Shown: positions 35,411-44,500 of the stretch, one piece after another
How positions within the stretch are numbered: position 1 is the first letter of the stretch
How the letters are laid out: each line of letters opens with the position of its first letter
Source: an uncultured delta proteobacterium
GTDB lineage: Bacteria; Desulfobacterota; Syntrophia; Syntrophales; Smithellaceae
DNA length: 64,000 nucleotides
Assembly (NCBI GenBank): GCA_963710575.1
Contig: CAVQAL010000010.1
Location: forward strand, 71,533-135,532
Direction of reading: 5' to 3'
The notes under the pieces: model-generated
The model's database searches: none
Seen by the model: the letters and a program-made list of their open reading frames with translations, nothing else
Told to the model about the DNA's origin: nothing
Program-made: the position numbers and the translations under genes

Positions 35411-37474
35411 CTATTCTATCTTTAACAACTCTTCGACAATCGCGCCTGATTTGTCGAAGCGCATGGTATAGCAGGGGATCTCTTGGACTATGCGCTCCAG
35501 AAGGTCCAACTCCTTTTGCCACCATTCGGCAGTAACCATGGGGCGGATAAGCGTGGCCAAAAGATTATGCCAAATCTTTTTGCGGTCGGTCAAAGCCTCA
35601 ATTTTATTTAACCTATCCTGCTTTAAAAACAAGATAGCGCAAAGAGGCGCCGAAGACGGCGATACATCGGCGGTAGTGCCGTGGCTCCATGTGCCGTGGA
35701 CAAGCCATTGACCATTACCATTTCTTTTTCCCCCTTTCACTCGGGCGGAAGTTGGCTTTTGCCCTGTCGTCTTGTCGGGCCAGTAGCGCAAGATATTGCG
35801 GTCGTCGCACAGAATTTCCAGCGAAATTCTATCTTTGCGATTTTCCGCTTTGAGCAATTCCATCGTCGTGGATTTGCCGGCTTCGGAATGGCCGACAAAG
35901 ACCAGTCCCTTGCCGTTGACAATAGCCGCCGCCGAATGCACAAGGATTGCGTCGCGGTCGGCAAGCAGAGGCCCCAGCCAGATCTGATCCGTCGGGAAGT
36001 GAGAAAGCGATTGCCAGCCGTCGGTGAGAATGCGGTCGATTTCGCCAGGCTCGCTGTAAATTGTGCCACGGACATGGTCGGCGCTGAAAACGGCCAGACG
36101 GTGATGGAAGTCATCTCCTTTTGTGTGCGGGATGATACGATAGAACCAGGCACCGTTATTGTTGCGGGAAATTGCCCAAGGCGGATTGTGGAAGAGTTCT
36201 TTGCCCAAACTCTTTCCCTCCAAATCCGGCAACTCGAAGTAGTGGCGAAACTCTACATTGTCTTTGCCGGGGCCTTCCACAGAAAATACCATCAGTTCAT
36301 CCTTGAATTTGATCTTGCTGAAATCCAGATCGCTTTCGATCCGGGCGGTAATGCCCGCAATCCGGAAATAGCGGCGATGATTCTTCTGCCAATCCTCCTT
36401 GCATTTGCGCTCTTCTTTTGCAATGGCGCATAAATCCGGGACGGGAGCGGAATAACGCTCCGTTTCCAGATACGCATAGCCAGGGCACCAACAGCAATCA
36501 TTTCGGCTTTCACAGGAGGCGCAATTTGTTCGCCATTCATTGTCACCTCGTATCTTGTCGGCACAGGAGGGAATGAAAGTATTCCAAGCCTCTGCAAAGG
36601 TTCCTCGTCGCAAATCATAGCGTAGGGCATTGTCCTTAATCAACTCGCACCACGACATCCGGCCGTAGGGGTCAATATGAAATATTCGCCGCTCGGCTAT
36701 ACACCGGGCAAACAGGCGGTCGTCACCTTCGTTAACAGCACCGCAAGCCGCTTCGATATGATTTTCCCCCTCCATTTCGCAGGCGCGTTTTCCCAATTCG
36801 GCTATCCGCTCATAATAGGTCAAATCGGGTTTATCTAGATTGATAACATCCGAGGGAGATAATCTCTGTTTCTGAATCTCTTTGTTCCTCTGCATTGAAC
36901 TATCGCAGGAAAGGCAAAGCCAAGATGCGCCGCAACGCCAATGTTTGCTCAGTGATTTCGCAAGGGCGATCATTTCCTCCCATTGATGATAATTGGCTCG
37001 CATGGGAACCAACTGGACAATGAAGCCGGCTCTCTCTTTCTTCAGGTAATCAAAGCCGTTCATCACCTTTTCGAATCCTCCGGGATTGCGGGTGACGTGA
37101 TCATAGACCTCGGCGGTCGCACCATAGAGAGCGATCATCTTTGTTCCTTTGCGGGTCAGTAAGCGGGCAATTTCCGGCGTTATAAGCGTCCCGTTGGTGT
37201 TGATGCTGTAGGAGACAGCCTTGCGGGTGAGGTAATCGAATATCTCAGGAAAATCAGGCCGCAGCAGCGGCTCGCCGCCGGAAATGTTCCAGTGGCGGCA
37301 ACCCATGGCGCGGGCGTCGTCAACGATACGCCGGATTTCGTCAAATGTTAGTTCGTTTTTCTTCTCCGGCGCGTTGATGGGCAGGGAAATCCAACAGTGA
37401 CGGCAGTTGTTGTTGCACCGGTAGGTCAAGTCAATGTGGCCTTCCAGGGGGAGACGAGGAATTTCGTTGATCAT
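35411..37474 (-). CDS. Radical SAM/SPASM enzyme fused to a C-terminal HprK-like P-loop kinase domain
   Basis: Residues 1-~360 carry YRCNNNCRHCW, GGEPLL and CASCESRNDCCWCPG (SPASM). Residues ~370-687 carry LVHSAAAIVNGKGLVFVGHSEAGKSTT, typical of HPr kinase-related proteins. It is one uninterrupted 687-codon frame. Confidence 0.8.
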   Translation of the reverse strand: MINEIPRLPLEGHIDLTYRCNNNCRHCWISLPINAPEKKNELTFDEIRRIVDDARAMGCRHWNISGGEPLLRPDFPEIFDYLTRKAVSYSINTNGTLITPEIARLLTRKGTKMIALYGATAEVYDHVTRNPGGFEKVMNGFDYLKKERAGFIVQLVPMRANYHQWEEMIALAKSLSKHWRCGASWLCLSCDSSMQRNKEIQKQRLSPSDVINLDKPDLTYYERIAELGKRACEMEGENHIEAACGAVNEGDDRLFARCIAERRIFHIDPYGRMSWCELIKDNALRYDLRRGTFAEAWNTFIPSCADKIRGDNEWRTNCASCESRNDCCWCPGYAYLETERYSAPVPDLCAIAKEERKCKEDWQKNHRRYFRIAGITARIESDLDFSKIKFKDELMVFSVEGPGKDNVEFRHYFELPDLEGKSLGKELFHNPPWAISRNNNGAWFYRIIPHTKGDDFHHRLAVFSADHVRGTIYSEPGEIDRILTDGWQSLSHFPTDQIWLGPLLADRDAILVHSAAAIVNGKGLVFVGHSEAGKSTTMELLKAENRKDRISLEILCDDRNILRYWPDKTTGQKPTSARVKGGKRNGNGQWLVHGTWSHGTTADVSPSSAPLCAILFLKQDRLNKIEALTDRKKIWHNLLATLIRPMVTAEWWQKELDLLERIVQEIPCYTMRFDKSGAIVEELLKIE

Positions 37475-37518
37475 GGTAATATGGTCCTATAAAATCATAA
37501 TAAATTTTCACTTTGAAA

Positions 37519-37547
37519 TATATAACGTGCCGGCCTCGTTGAGTCAA
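37519..37547 (-). promoter_or_regulatory. Sigma70-type promoter for the minus-strand rSAM operon
   Basis: The minus strand reads TTGACT-N17-TATATA, about 45 nt upstream of the 37474 ATG. Confidence 0.55.
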
Positions 37548-37689
37548 CGTAGCCATTATATAATAGGCAAATTGTTTATATCAAAAGCACCAAAAATGCA
37601 ACTGATGTCGTCATCTTCGCTCAATAACATTTATTTATAAGGCAATAAAAGCCCCGTATCTTCAGCGTGATCATTAGTGCCACACACTC

Positions 37690-37740
37690 ACATTTTGTGG
37701 TCAAGATTTCCTTGACACACAAGACTTGGTTTCTTATACT
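37690..37740 (+). promoter_or_regulatory. Sigma70-type promoter with shared upstream module
   Basis: ACATTTTGTGGTCAAGATTTCC-TTGACA-N17-TATACT. The near-palindrome TGTGGTCAAG-N5-CTTGACACA spans the -35. It lies about 170 nt upstream of the HemN-like gene. Confidence 0.6.
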
Positions 37741-37910
37741 TCTTCTACAAAAAGGAAATTTTTATCACAAGACCGCGTAAGAAGATTATCTGCGCCACAC
37801 AGAAGAGGAACCCATAATCTTTAACAATAGTTGAGTAACTACGACCGGGACGAAATCCTGATGCAGCTGGAATATGACCGCGCGAATAGCGGGCAGGGCA
37901 AGAAAAGAAA

Positions 37911-39173
37911 ATGACTAAACCTTTAAACGATGAGGTGAAAAATTTACGCGATATATCTTTATTATATGTAAATATACCTTTTTGCAAATCCAGATGCCAT
38001 TTTTGTTGTTTCTGCAGGACTTTTGGCCGTGATTTATTATCGTTAAAGAAGCTGAAAAGCTCATACATAAAAGCTGTCAAGTATGAACTTGCAGTAAAAA
38101 GTTTTTATTATACTGCAAAACACAGCGTCAATTTAAAGGCGATCAATTTCGGAGGCGGTACCCCTACCCTGCTTGCAGCTGACGAGTTGGGTGATCTCCT
38201 TTCCTCGATCGTAGAGCTTTTCGGTCAGAAAATCGAAGATATAAAAGATATTAGCATAGAAGCGACGCCCGATTCTTTAACGCTTTCTAAATTAAAACAG
38301 TTGAGGTGTGCAGGATTTAACAGGATAAGTATCGGGGCCCAGACATTCGAAAAGCGGATCTTAAATAAATTAAATCGTTCCCATTCCATCGAAGATTTTT
38401 ATAACGCTTACGACCGGGCGCGTTTGGCGGGGTTTAAGAATATCAATATTGATCTATTGTATGGTATTCCGACCCAAACCTTTGAAGATTTAAAAAACGA
38501 CCTTGAAACAATTGTCAAAATTGATCCGGAGCACATATCTCCATCTCCATTGATGGCGGTAAAGAGCGTTTTATTTGAGCCGGCAGATAAGAAGAAAAGT
38601 AAGGCTGTAATGAAAGAAAATAGATGGGCAGGCTATGTCCACGAGTTTTTAGAAGATAAGGGGTACCGGAATTATTTTCATAAGTATTTTTCGAAGATCG
38701 GACGGGAATCTATAACGGAATTGGTCTACTTTTATGATATTCCGTATATTGGCATAGGTCCTGGAGCTACAAGTTGGTTCGGGGATAACCCTTCTGACAT
38801 CAAATCTTATATCGATAAACCTGTTTCGGGTGAGATATTCACAAAGAATACGCCATACAATCCATTGAGAGTAATATTTTCGATGCTTCTTTTCCCGGAG
38901 GGTATTTATATACCGTATTTTAACGAACGATACGCGTGTGATTTAGAGGAGCTAGTGGGAAATCCACGACTAGGGCTAGATTTTTTTACGAAATTTGGAG
39001 ATTGTTCGCAGGAGACCATAAAAGAAGTTAGAACGCGGCAAAAGGAACTTGTAATGACGATAAAGAAATGGAAAGCGAAAGGCGCAATCGAAAAGAAAGG
39101 CGATTATCTTCGTATTACTCCGTCGGCACGATTCTCCAAAGAAATGTGGGGATTGTATATGACATCGATATAA
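37911..39173 (+). CDS. HemN/HemW-like radical SAM protein (class C rSAM methyltransferase-like)
   Basis: The cluster is YVNIPFCKSRCHFCCF, with GGGTPTLL and a HemN-like C-terminal domain. It is divergent from the rSAM operon. Confidence 0.8.
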   Translation: MTKPLNDEVKNLRDISLLYVNIPFCKSRCHFCCFCRTFGRDLLSLKKLKSSYIKAVKYELAVKSFYYTAKHSVNLKAINFGGGTPTLLAADELGDLLSSIVELFGQKIEDIKDISIEATPDSLTLSKLKQLRCAGFNRISIGAQTFEKRILNKLNRSHSIEDFYNAYDRARLAGFKNINIDLLYGIPTQTFEDLKNDLETIVKIDPEHISPSPLMAVKSVLFEPADKKKSKAVMKENRWAGYVHEFLEDKGYRNYFHKYFSKIGRESITELVYFYDIPYIGIGPGATSWFGDNPSDIKSYIDKPVSGEIFTKNTPYNPLRVIFSMLLFPEGIYIPYFNERYACDLEELVGNPRLGLDFFTKFGDCSQETIKEVRTRQKELVMTIKKWKAKGAIEKKGDYLRITPSARFSKEMWGLYMTSI

Positions 39174-39819
39174 ACGTCATCCGTGCGTACCGGAAACAAA
39201 TAAGTGAGCACCTATTTATCCCACACCTTTTTTGGCGATCCGGAATGAACGTGTGATGGATATATATATCCTAAATAACCTGAAGATCACGCGGGGAAAC
39301 AAGCATTCATAACGCATCATAAAAAAGATGAACATATTTTTAAAAATAACAAATGTCACCATAGAGCACGCAGGAGAAATTTTTTAAAACTCAAATGGCT
39401 ACTCCACATGTAAAGAGGGAGTGCTATTTGGATAGTTAATATTCAGGAGAAACAGCATGTGAAAAAGGAAGTTGTATAAATCTGATATTAAAATAAATAT
39501 TTTTCAACAGAAAACCGCCAAATCTTTATTCAAATAGCTTTTAATTTCAATCACCCATATAAGACAGAGTTATATCAAATGATATATTACAACAAATAAC
39601 TAATACTTATTTGACAAAACCATTAATAATTAATAAGAAATACAGATAATTTTATTCAAACAGCTTTAGGTTTTACTGACCTTTATGTAAGTCAGAGGGC
39701 GGAGCAGTATCAACTGCCTGCGATTTCGATAAGCGGAATATATAAAAGACATAGTTCACAAATTTGATTTTGTTGGAAAATATTGATATGCCGTTAACTG
39801 CAATTTTAATCGGAGGGTT

Positions 39820-41001
39820 ATGAAACATAAAACAATACTATTGAAATCCAAATCCTGCAGCTATCTGATGGTTTTGTTGCTGTTCATAACTGCTTTCCTG
39901 CTGGTTGGCTGTGAGAACCATTATGTGAAATGGAATCAAGAAACAAAAAGGTTCGAGTCGGTTGATTCCACGCGGGATGAGACCGGCACTGCAAAAGAAA
40001 TCAGTGACAAAAGAACAATCTCACCTTTGCAGAAACCAAGTGCAACTCAGGCGAAAAGTCCCATTGTTGAGATGAAAACAGTAACAATTCCCGCGCTGAA
40101 AGAGCCGCCACCGCCTGCTGATTACATTGTTGGCCCTAATGACTCTATCGTGGTCACCGTCATTAACGCCCCCGAATATTCTTCAGGTAGCAGCGGCGGC
40201 AGCAGTAATAATACACAGCGTGGCAGCCGAGTGGACGGCAACGGTAACATCCAAATGCCAACGCTGGGACTGGTAAAAGTTAACGGCATGACATTGTCCC
40301 AGATACGCGACCACATACAAGACCTTCTGAAGCAATATATTAAAAAGCCATCCGTGGTGGTTGAGATTACAGAATATAAAAGTTATCCTCTATATATTTT
40401 AGGACAATTTAAAAACACCGGCATTTTCTATATGGATCGTCCCTTTAATGTTCTTCAGGGACTTGCCCTGGGAGGCGGATACGATTCGTTTGCCAATCCG
40501 AAATCAGCGAGGATTATCCGGGACAAAAGAGTATTGCCTGTGGACGTTTACGAATTGCTGATGAATGCTGACCAGACACAGAACATCTGGCTGAAACCCG
40601 GCGATACAATCTTCATGCCGGACAATAAAAATCAAACGGTTTTTGTTTTCGGAGTGGGAAAACCCGGCGTGTCCATTACGCTGCCACCGTCCGGTCTTAA
40701 CCTTCTGCAGGCTATAGCCACCGCCGGTTTGGAGAAAGTCGGCTATCACGCCAGACGTGTTTATCTCATCCGTTCTCTCTCCCCCACTCGCGGGCAATTA
40801 ATAGTGGTTGATGTTGAAGCAATCATACAGAGCGGCGCTCGTCCCCTGCAACTTTGCGAAGGCGACGTCATTTACATACCCAAGAGCGGATTGACAAGCT
40901 GGAACGAAGCCATCACCGAAATGCTGCCCACACTTCAGGCTTTCGGCGCGATACTCACGCCCTTTGTTCAGCTTAAATACCTTTTCGACAAAAATAATTA
41001 A
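39820..41001 (+). CDS. Polysaccharide export outer-membrane lipoprotein (Wza/Poly_export + SLBB)
   Basis: The lipobox is LLVGC. The Poly_export motif region is YIVGPNDSIVVTV...VDGNGNIQMPTLGLVKVNGMT, and SLBB-like repeats follow. GGAGGG precedes the ATG. Confidence 0.8.
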   Translation: MKHKTILLKSKSCSYLMVLLLFITAFLLVGCENHYVKWNQETKRFESVDSTRDETGTAKEISDKRTISPLQKPSATQAKSPIVEMKTVTIPALKEPPPPADYIVGPNDSIVVTVINAPEYSSGSSGGSSNNTQRGSRVDGNGNIQMPTLGLVKVNGMTLSQIRDHIQDLLKQYIKKPSVVVEITEYKSYPLYILGQFKNTGIFYMDRPFNVLQGLALGGGYDSFANPKSARIIRDKRVLPVDVYELLMNADQTQNIWLKPGDTIFMPDNKNQTVFVFGVGKPGVSITLPPSGLNLLQAIATAGLEKVGYHARRVYLIRSLSPTRGQLIVVDVEAIIQSGARPLQLCEGDVIYIPKSGLTSWNEAITEMLPTLQAFGAILTPFVQLKYLFDKNN

Positions 41002-41035
41002 CAAAACTAATAACGAGCAACAACTAGAGGAATTT

Positions 41036-43432
41036 ATGAGCCCTACATCTGCCATGCCACCACCCAGATCAGTACGTCCCTGGGAAAAAGAAATCAATAT
41101 CTTGGGCTATATCACCGTTATCATGCGGCACTGGAAAACAATTGCCGTTATCACTTGCGTCGTCCTTGCAATAGTTGCCTTTAATACTTTCAGAATGAAA
41201 CCGATTTATGAAGCCTCTTCCACCATTTATATCAAGGAAGATAAGGGTAGCTTACTTCAAACAAACCAAAATTTTTGGTACGATCCAGTCACTACCATTA
41301 ACACAGAGATCGATATAATGAAATCGCGTTCCATGGCCGAGCAGGTTGTACAGCAGCAGCATCTCAACTGGCAGGTCTCGAAAAAATCTGATGGGCTCTC
41401 ATTTAAAATTCTTGAGTTCACATCCACCGCGAAAAACCCTGTTTACCAAATTAAAATGACTGCCGCGGATACATTCTCTGTGAAAGATGAAAACGGAGAA
41501 TTAGTCGGCAATGGCCAGACTGGAGTTATAATGAAGAAAAATGGCTTCAGCCTTCTCATAAACGATCTCAACGGTAAAATCGGCGACAGTTTCAATCTCA
41601 ATCTTGTGCCATTGGTAGATAAAGCTTTGGAGTTGCAGGGTGGTTTCAACGCAGCCCTATATGGTAAGCAGTCCAACATAATCCGGACTTCTTACACCAG
41701 CACAGATCCCGTTTTAGCGCGGGATATGGCAAATGCCTTTGTTCAGGCATATATAGAACATACAATTATATTAAAGACAGAAGAGACAAACAGAACCGTA
41801 TCTTTTATAGATGAACAAATTAAGAAATTGAACAAGGATCTGGATATTTCAGAAGAAAATCTCCAATCTTACAAGAGTAAAACCGGTACGATAAAGCTGG
41901 ACAACGAGGCCATATCACTGATTAACAAGATAACGGAAATGGAAAAGAGCCGCACCGATATCGCTCTTCAGAAACAGCAGTTGGAATTTGCCCGCAACGA
42001 TCTTAAAAAAGCAATAAAGACAGGGGCCATCTATTCTCCCGGTATTATGAGGAAGGATTCTCCTGTGGGAGGTCTCGCGACAAAATTATCCGAACTTGAA
42101 GTGCAGAAGAAGGCACTTCTGACCCAATATACCGAAGCCCATCAGGCTGTAAAAGCACTCCAGAATCAAATTGAAGAAGTGCAGAACAAGATGCTTGCTA
42201 TTTACGAGACGAGTTTGAATGATCTTGCCAAAGAGGGGCAGGGTATTTCCAGGCAGTTGTCCGTTTACGAGGGGCAAATGCATGAACTCCCCGATGTCGA
42301 GCGCAAACTTGCGCAACTCACCCGGGTATCAAAGGTCAGCGCCGACAACTACACTTTCCTGCTTCAGAAACACGAGGAAGCTCGTCTTGCAAGAGCTGCC
42401 ACTATCAGCAACATAAATATCATTGATCCGGCCATTACTCCCAAGGCGCCGATCAAACCGAACAAGCAAAAAAACATTCTCGTTGGCCTGCTAGTTGGCT
42501 TTGCGCTGGGAATATTCATTGCCTTTTTCATGGAATTCTTAGATGACACCATTAAGAATATCGATGAGGCAAAGCAATCAACAGGATTGCCAATATTAGC
42601 TGTCATTCCCTATATTGCCAGATTCAAATCAAAACAAAACGGAAGTGCGCCGGAAAAGAATAGACTGATAATAAAGAGTGAACCGCATTCCAGCGCTGCC
42701 GAGGCGTTTCGTTCATTGCGCACCAATCTGCATTATACCGCCATCAACAAACAAAAGAAGATAATGCTCTTCACAAGCACATTCCCTCATGAAGGTAAAA
42801 GCACCGTCACTTCCAATATCGCCATTGTTTTCTCCCAGACCGGAGCGCGGGTTCTTCTTATTGACTGCGATTTGCGCCGCTCATCCATACACGAAAAATT
42901 CGAGTTCAGCAAAACACCCGGACTCAGCGAAATTTTGGCCGGAGATGTCACTTTTGAAAAAGCAAAACGTACAAACGACGTTCACGGCCTTGACATTATA
43001 ACTGCCGGAACCACCCCACCCAATCCTTCGGATCTTCTTGGTTCGGAGGCTATGCAACAGCTTCTTATGACTCAACGGGAAAACTACGACTACATAATAA
43101 TAGATGCGCCGCCGGTTCTGGCCGTCACAGACGCTCCCGTTCTGGCAACTATTTCGGATATCGTCATTCTGGTTATGGAAGCAGGGCGAGTCCCTGTTAA
43201 AGCCGCCCAGCACATGAAAGATACCCTTGCCAGCTTACAAGTTACAATCGGAGGCATAGTAATGAATGACATGACCGGTAAAGGAGAACGCTACGAATAT
43301 TACAGTAGGGGATATGGATATTATTCCGATGAAAAACAAAAATCACACAGAAAAATTTACCGGTGGGAAAAATACATAAAATTCATCCCTGAAAAATGGC
43401 GGAGAGAATTAGAAAAATATCTGCCCCGATAA
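41036..43432 (+). CDS. Polysaccharide co-polymerase / tyrosine autokinase (Wzc/GumC-like)
   Basis: The start is moved to MSPTSA (RBS agagga). It has a Wzz-like N-domain with 2 TM helices and a coiled coil. The CpsD-like kinase has Walker A FPHEGKST and Walker B IIIDAPPV. The C-terminal Tyr cluster is YEYYSRGYGYYS. Confidence 0.85.
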   Translation: MSPTSAMPPPRSVRPWEKEINILGYITVIMRHWKTIAVITCVVLAIVAFNTFRMKPIYEASSTIYIKEDKGSLLQTNQNFWYDPVTTINTEIDIMKSRSMAEQVVQQQHLNWQVSKKSDGLSFKILEFTSTAKNPVYQIKMTAADTFSVKDENGELVGNGQTGVIMKKNGFSLLINDLNGKIGDSFNLNLVPLVDKALELQGGFNAALYGKQSNIIRTSYTSTDPVLARDMANAFVQAYIEHTIILKTEETNRTVSFIDEQIKKLNKDLDISEENLQSYKSKTGTIKLDNEAISLINKITEMEKSRTDIALQKQQLEFARNDLKKAIKTGAIYSPGIMRKDSPVGGLATKLSELEVQKKALLTQYTEAHQAVKALQNQIEEVQNKMLAIYETSLNDLAKEGQGISRQLSVYEGQMHELPDVERKLAQLTRVSKVSADNYTFLLQKHEEARLARAATISNINIIDPAITPKAPIKPNKQKNILVGLLVGFALGIFIAFFMEFLDDTIKNIDEAKQSTGLPILAVIPYIARFKSKQNGSAPEKNRLIIKSEPHSSAAEAFRSLRTNLHYTAINKQKKIMLFTSTFPHEGKSTVTSNIAIVFSQTGARVLLIDCDLRRSSIHEKFEFSKTPGLSEILAGDVTFEKAKRTNDVHGLDIITAGTTPPNPSDLLGSEAMQQLLMTQRENYDYIIIDAPPVLAVTDAPVLATISDIVILVMEAGRVPVKAAQHMKDTLASLQVTIGGIVMNDMTGKGERYEYYSRGYGYYSDEKQKSHRKIYRWEKYIKFIPEKWRRELEKYLPR

Positions 43433-43569
43433 AATAATTAAGATTGAAGGTGGATGCCGCGCCATCATTTATAAGGAAACATCTGAATCGAAAAAGTGGA
43501 TAGAACGAGTTGGTAGCTATCGGGACGGATACTGGAAATTAAATAATTGAACTTAAATCTTATTTTTTT

Positions 43570-44274
43570 ATGATCGATTTTCACTGTCACATTCTACCCG
43601 GTCTTGACGACGGCCCCGCCCACATAGACGAATCCGTGGCAATGGCGGCGGCCCTGCGGGATGCCGGTTTCAGAACAATCTACTGCACGCCCCATCTCAT
43701 CAAAGGATGCTTCGAGGCGGACAACCAGAACGTGCTGTCATCCGTGTCAACCTTGCAGACAAGGCTGAACGCGGAAAATATCGAACTTGAAATCCTACCG
43801 GGCCGTGAATATTACCTGGATGAATTTCTTGGCAATTATCTGAAAGATCCTCTGCCCCTTGGTAAAACACGTTATATAATGGTAGAAATTCCCAACAACA
43901 CACCCGCCAAATACGTTAAAGAAACCTTTTTTCGGATAAAATGCGGCGGGTTTATCCCGATGATTGCCCATCCTGAGCGATGCAGACTTTTTTCCGTGAT
44001 TCAAAAACAAACAACATCAAGGTTTTGGTTTTCCGGATCAAAACGTAAAACTTCAGATTCAAAAATAAAAGAACCTGCACTGATAGATTACCTGAAAGAC
44101 ATTGATTGCGCTTTTCAGGGCAACCTTGGCAGTTTTGATGGCTTGTACAGCTCGGAAGTACAGCAAACGGCGGACTATCTTAAGAAAAATAAAGTATACA
44201 CACATTTCGGCACCGACGCCCATTCCCTTCATGCCATCACCCTTTTGAATCTGTCCTCCGTTGGCGCGAAGTAG
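43570..44274 (+). CDS. PHP-family protein-tyrosine phosphatase (CpsB/YwqE-like)
   Basis: The N-terminus MIDFHCHILPGLDDGP, a later CTPH and IAHPERC are the metal-binding His motifs of CpsB. Confidence 0.8.
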   Translation: MIDFHCHILPGLDDGPAHIDESVAMAAALRDAGFRTIYCTPHLIKGCFEADNQNVLSSVSTLQTRLNAENIELEILPGREYYLDEFLGNYLKDPLPLGKTRYIMVEIPNNTPAKYVKETFFRIKCGGFIPMIAHPERCRLFSVIQKQTTSRFWFSGSKRKTSDSKIKEPALIDYLKDIDCAFQGNLGSFDGLYSSEVQQTADYLKKNKVYTHFGTDAHSLHAITLLNLSSVGAK

Positions 44275-44500
44275 GGATAATTTTCGAGGGGTGTAGGTAG
44301 GTAGCTATAAGTAGTGTCATCCCTGTCATTGCGGGTGTAATGGCAGACGCGGCCTTGTGGAGATAAAAAATGAGAATTGTTAAATCATCTAATTATGCTA
44401 AGCCGTCTAAATTTTTAAATTGCCAATCCTCTAATGACGCAATCTTCTATTCTTTGTTCTTAACCCTTGATTACTTAAATCTTAACTACTTTTCTATTAC

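Noticed and set aside
34176-35525. The long version of rSAM paralog 2, starting at 35525 (449 aa).
   Set aside because: It would overlap the upstream gene by 115 nt and add an Arg/Pro-rich, non-homologous N-terminus. The paralogs begin about 20 residues before the CxxxCxxC motif, which fits the ATG at 35387.
35681-36433. A 250-aa plus-strand ORF, and other antisense ORFs inside the rSAM-HprK fusion gene.
   Set aside because: It is antisense to a gene with clear rSAM/SPASM and P-loop motifs. GC-rich coding DNA commonly leaves long antisense frames open.
39698-39705. An ops/JUMPstart-like element (GGCGGAGC) in the EPS operon leader, suggesting RfaH-type antitermination.
   Set aside because: It differs from the ops core GGCGGTAG at two positions. 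The flanking bases do not match the 12-nt ops, and no RfaH/LoaP-like gene is in the window.
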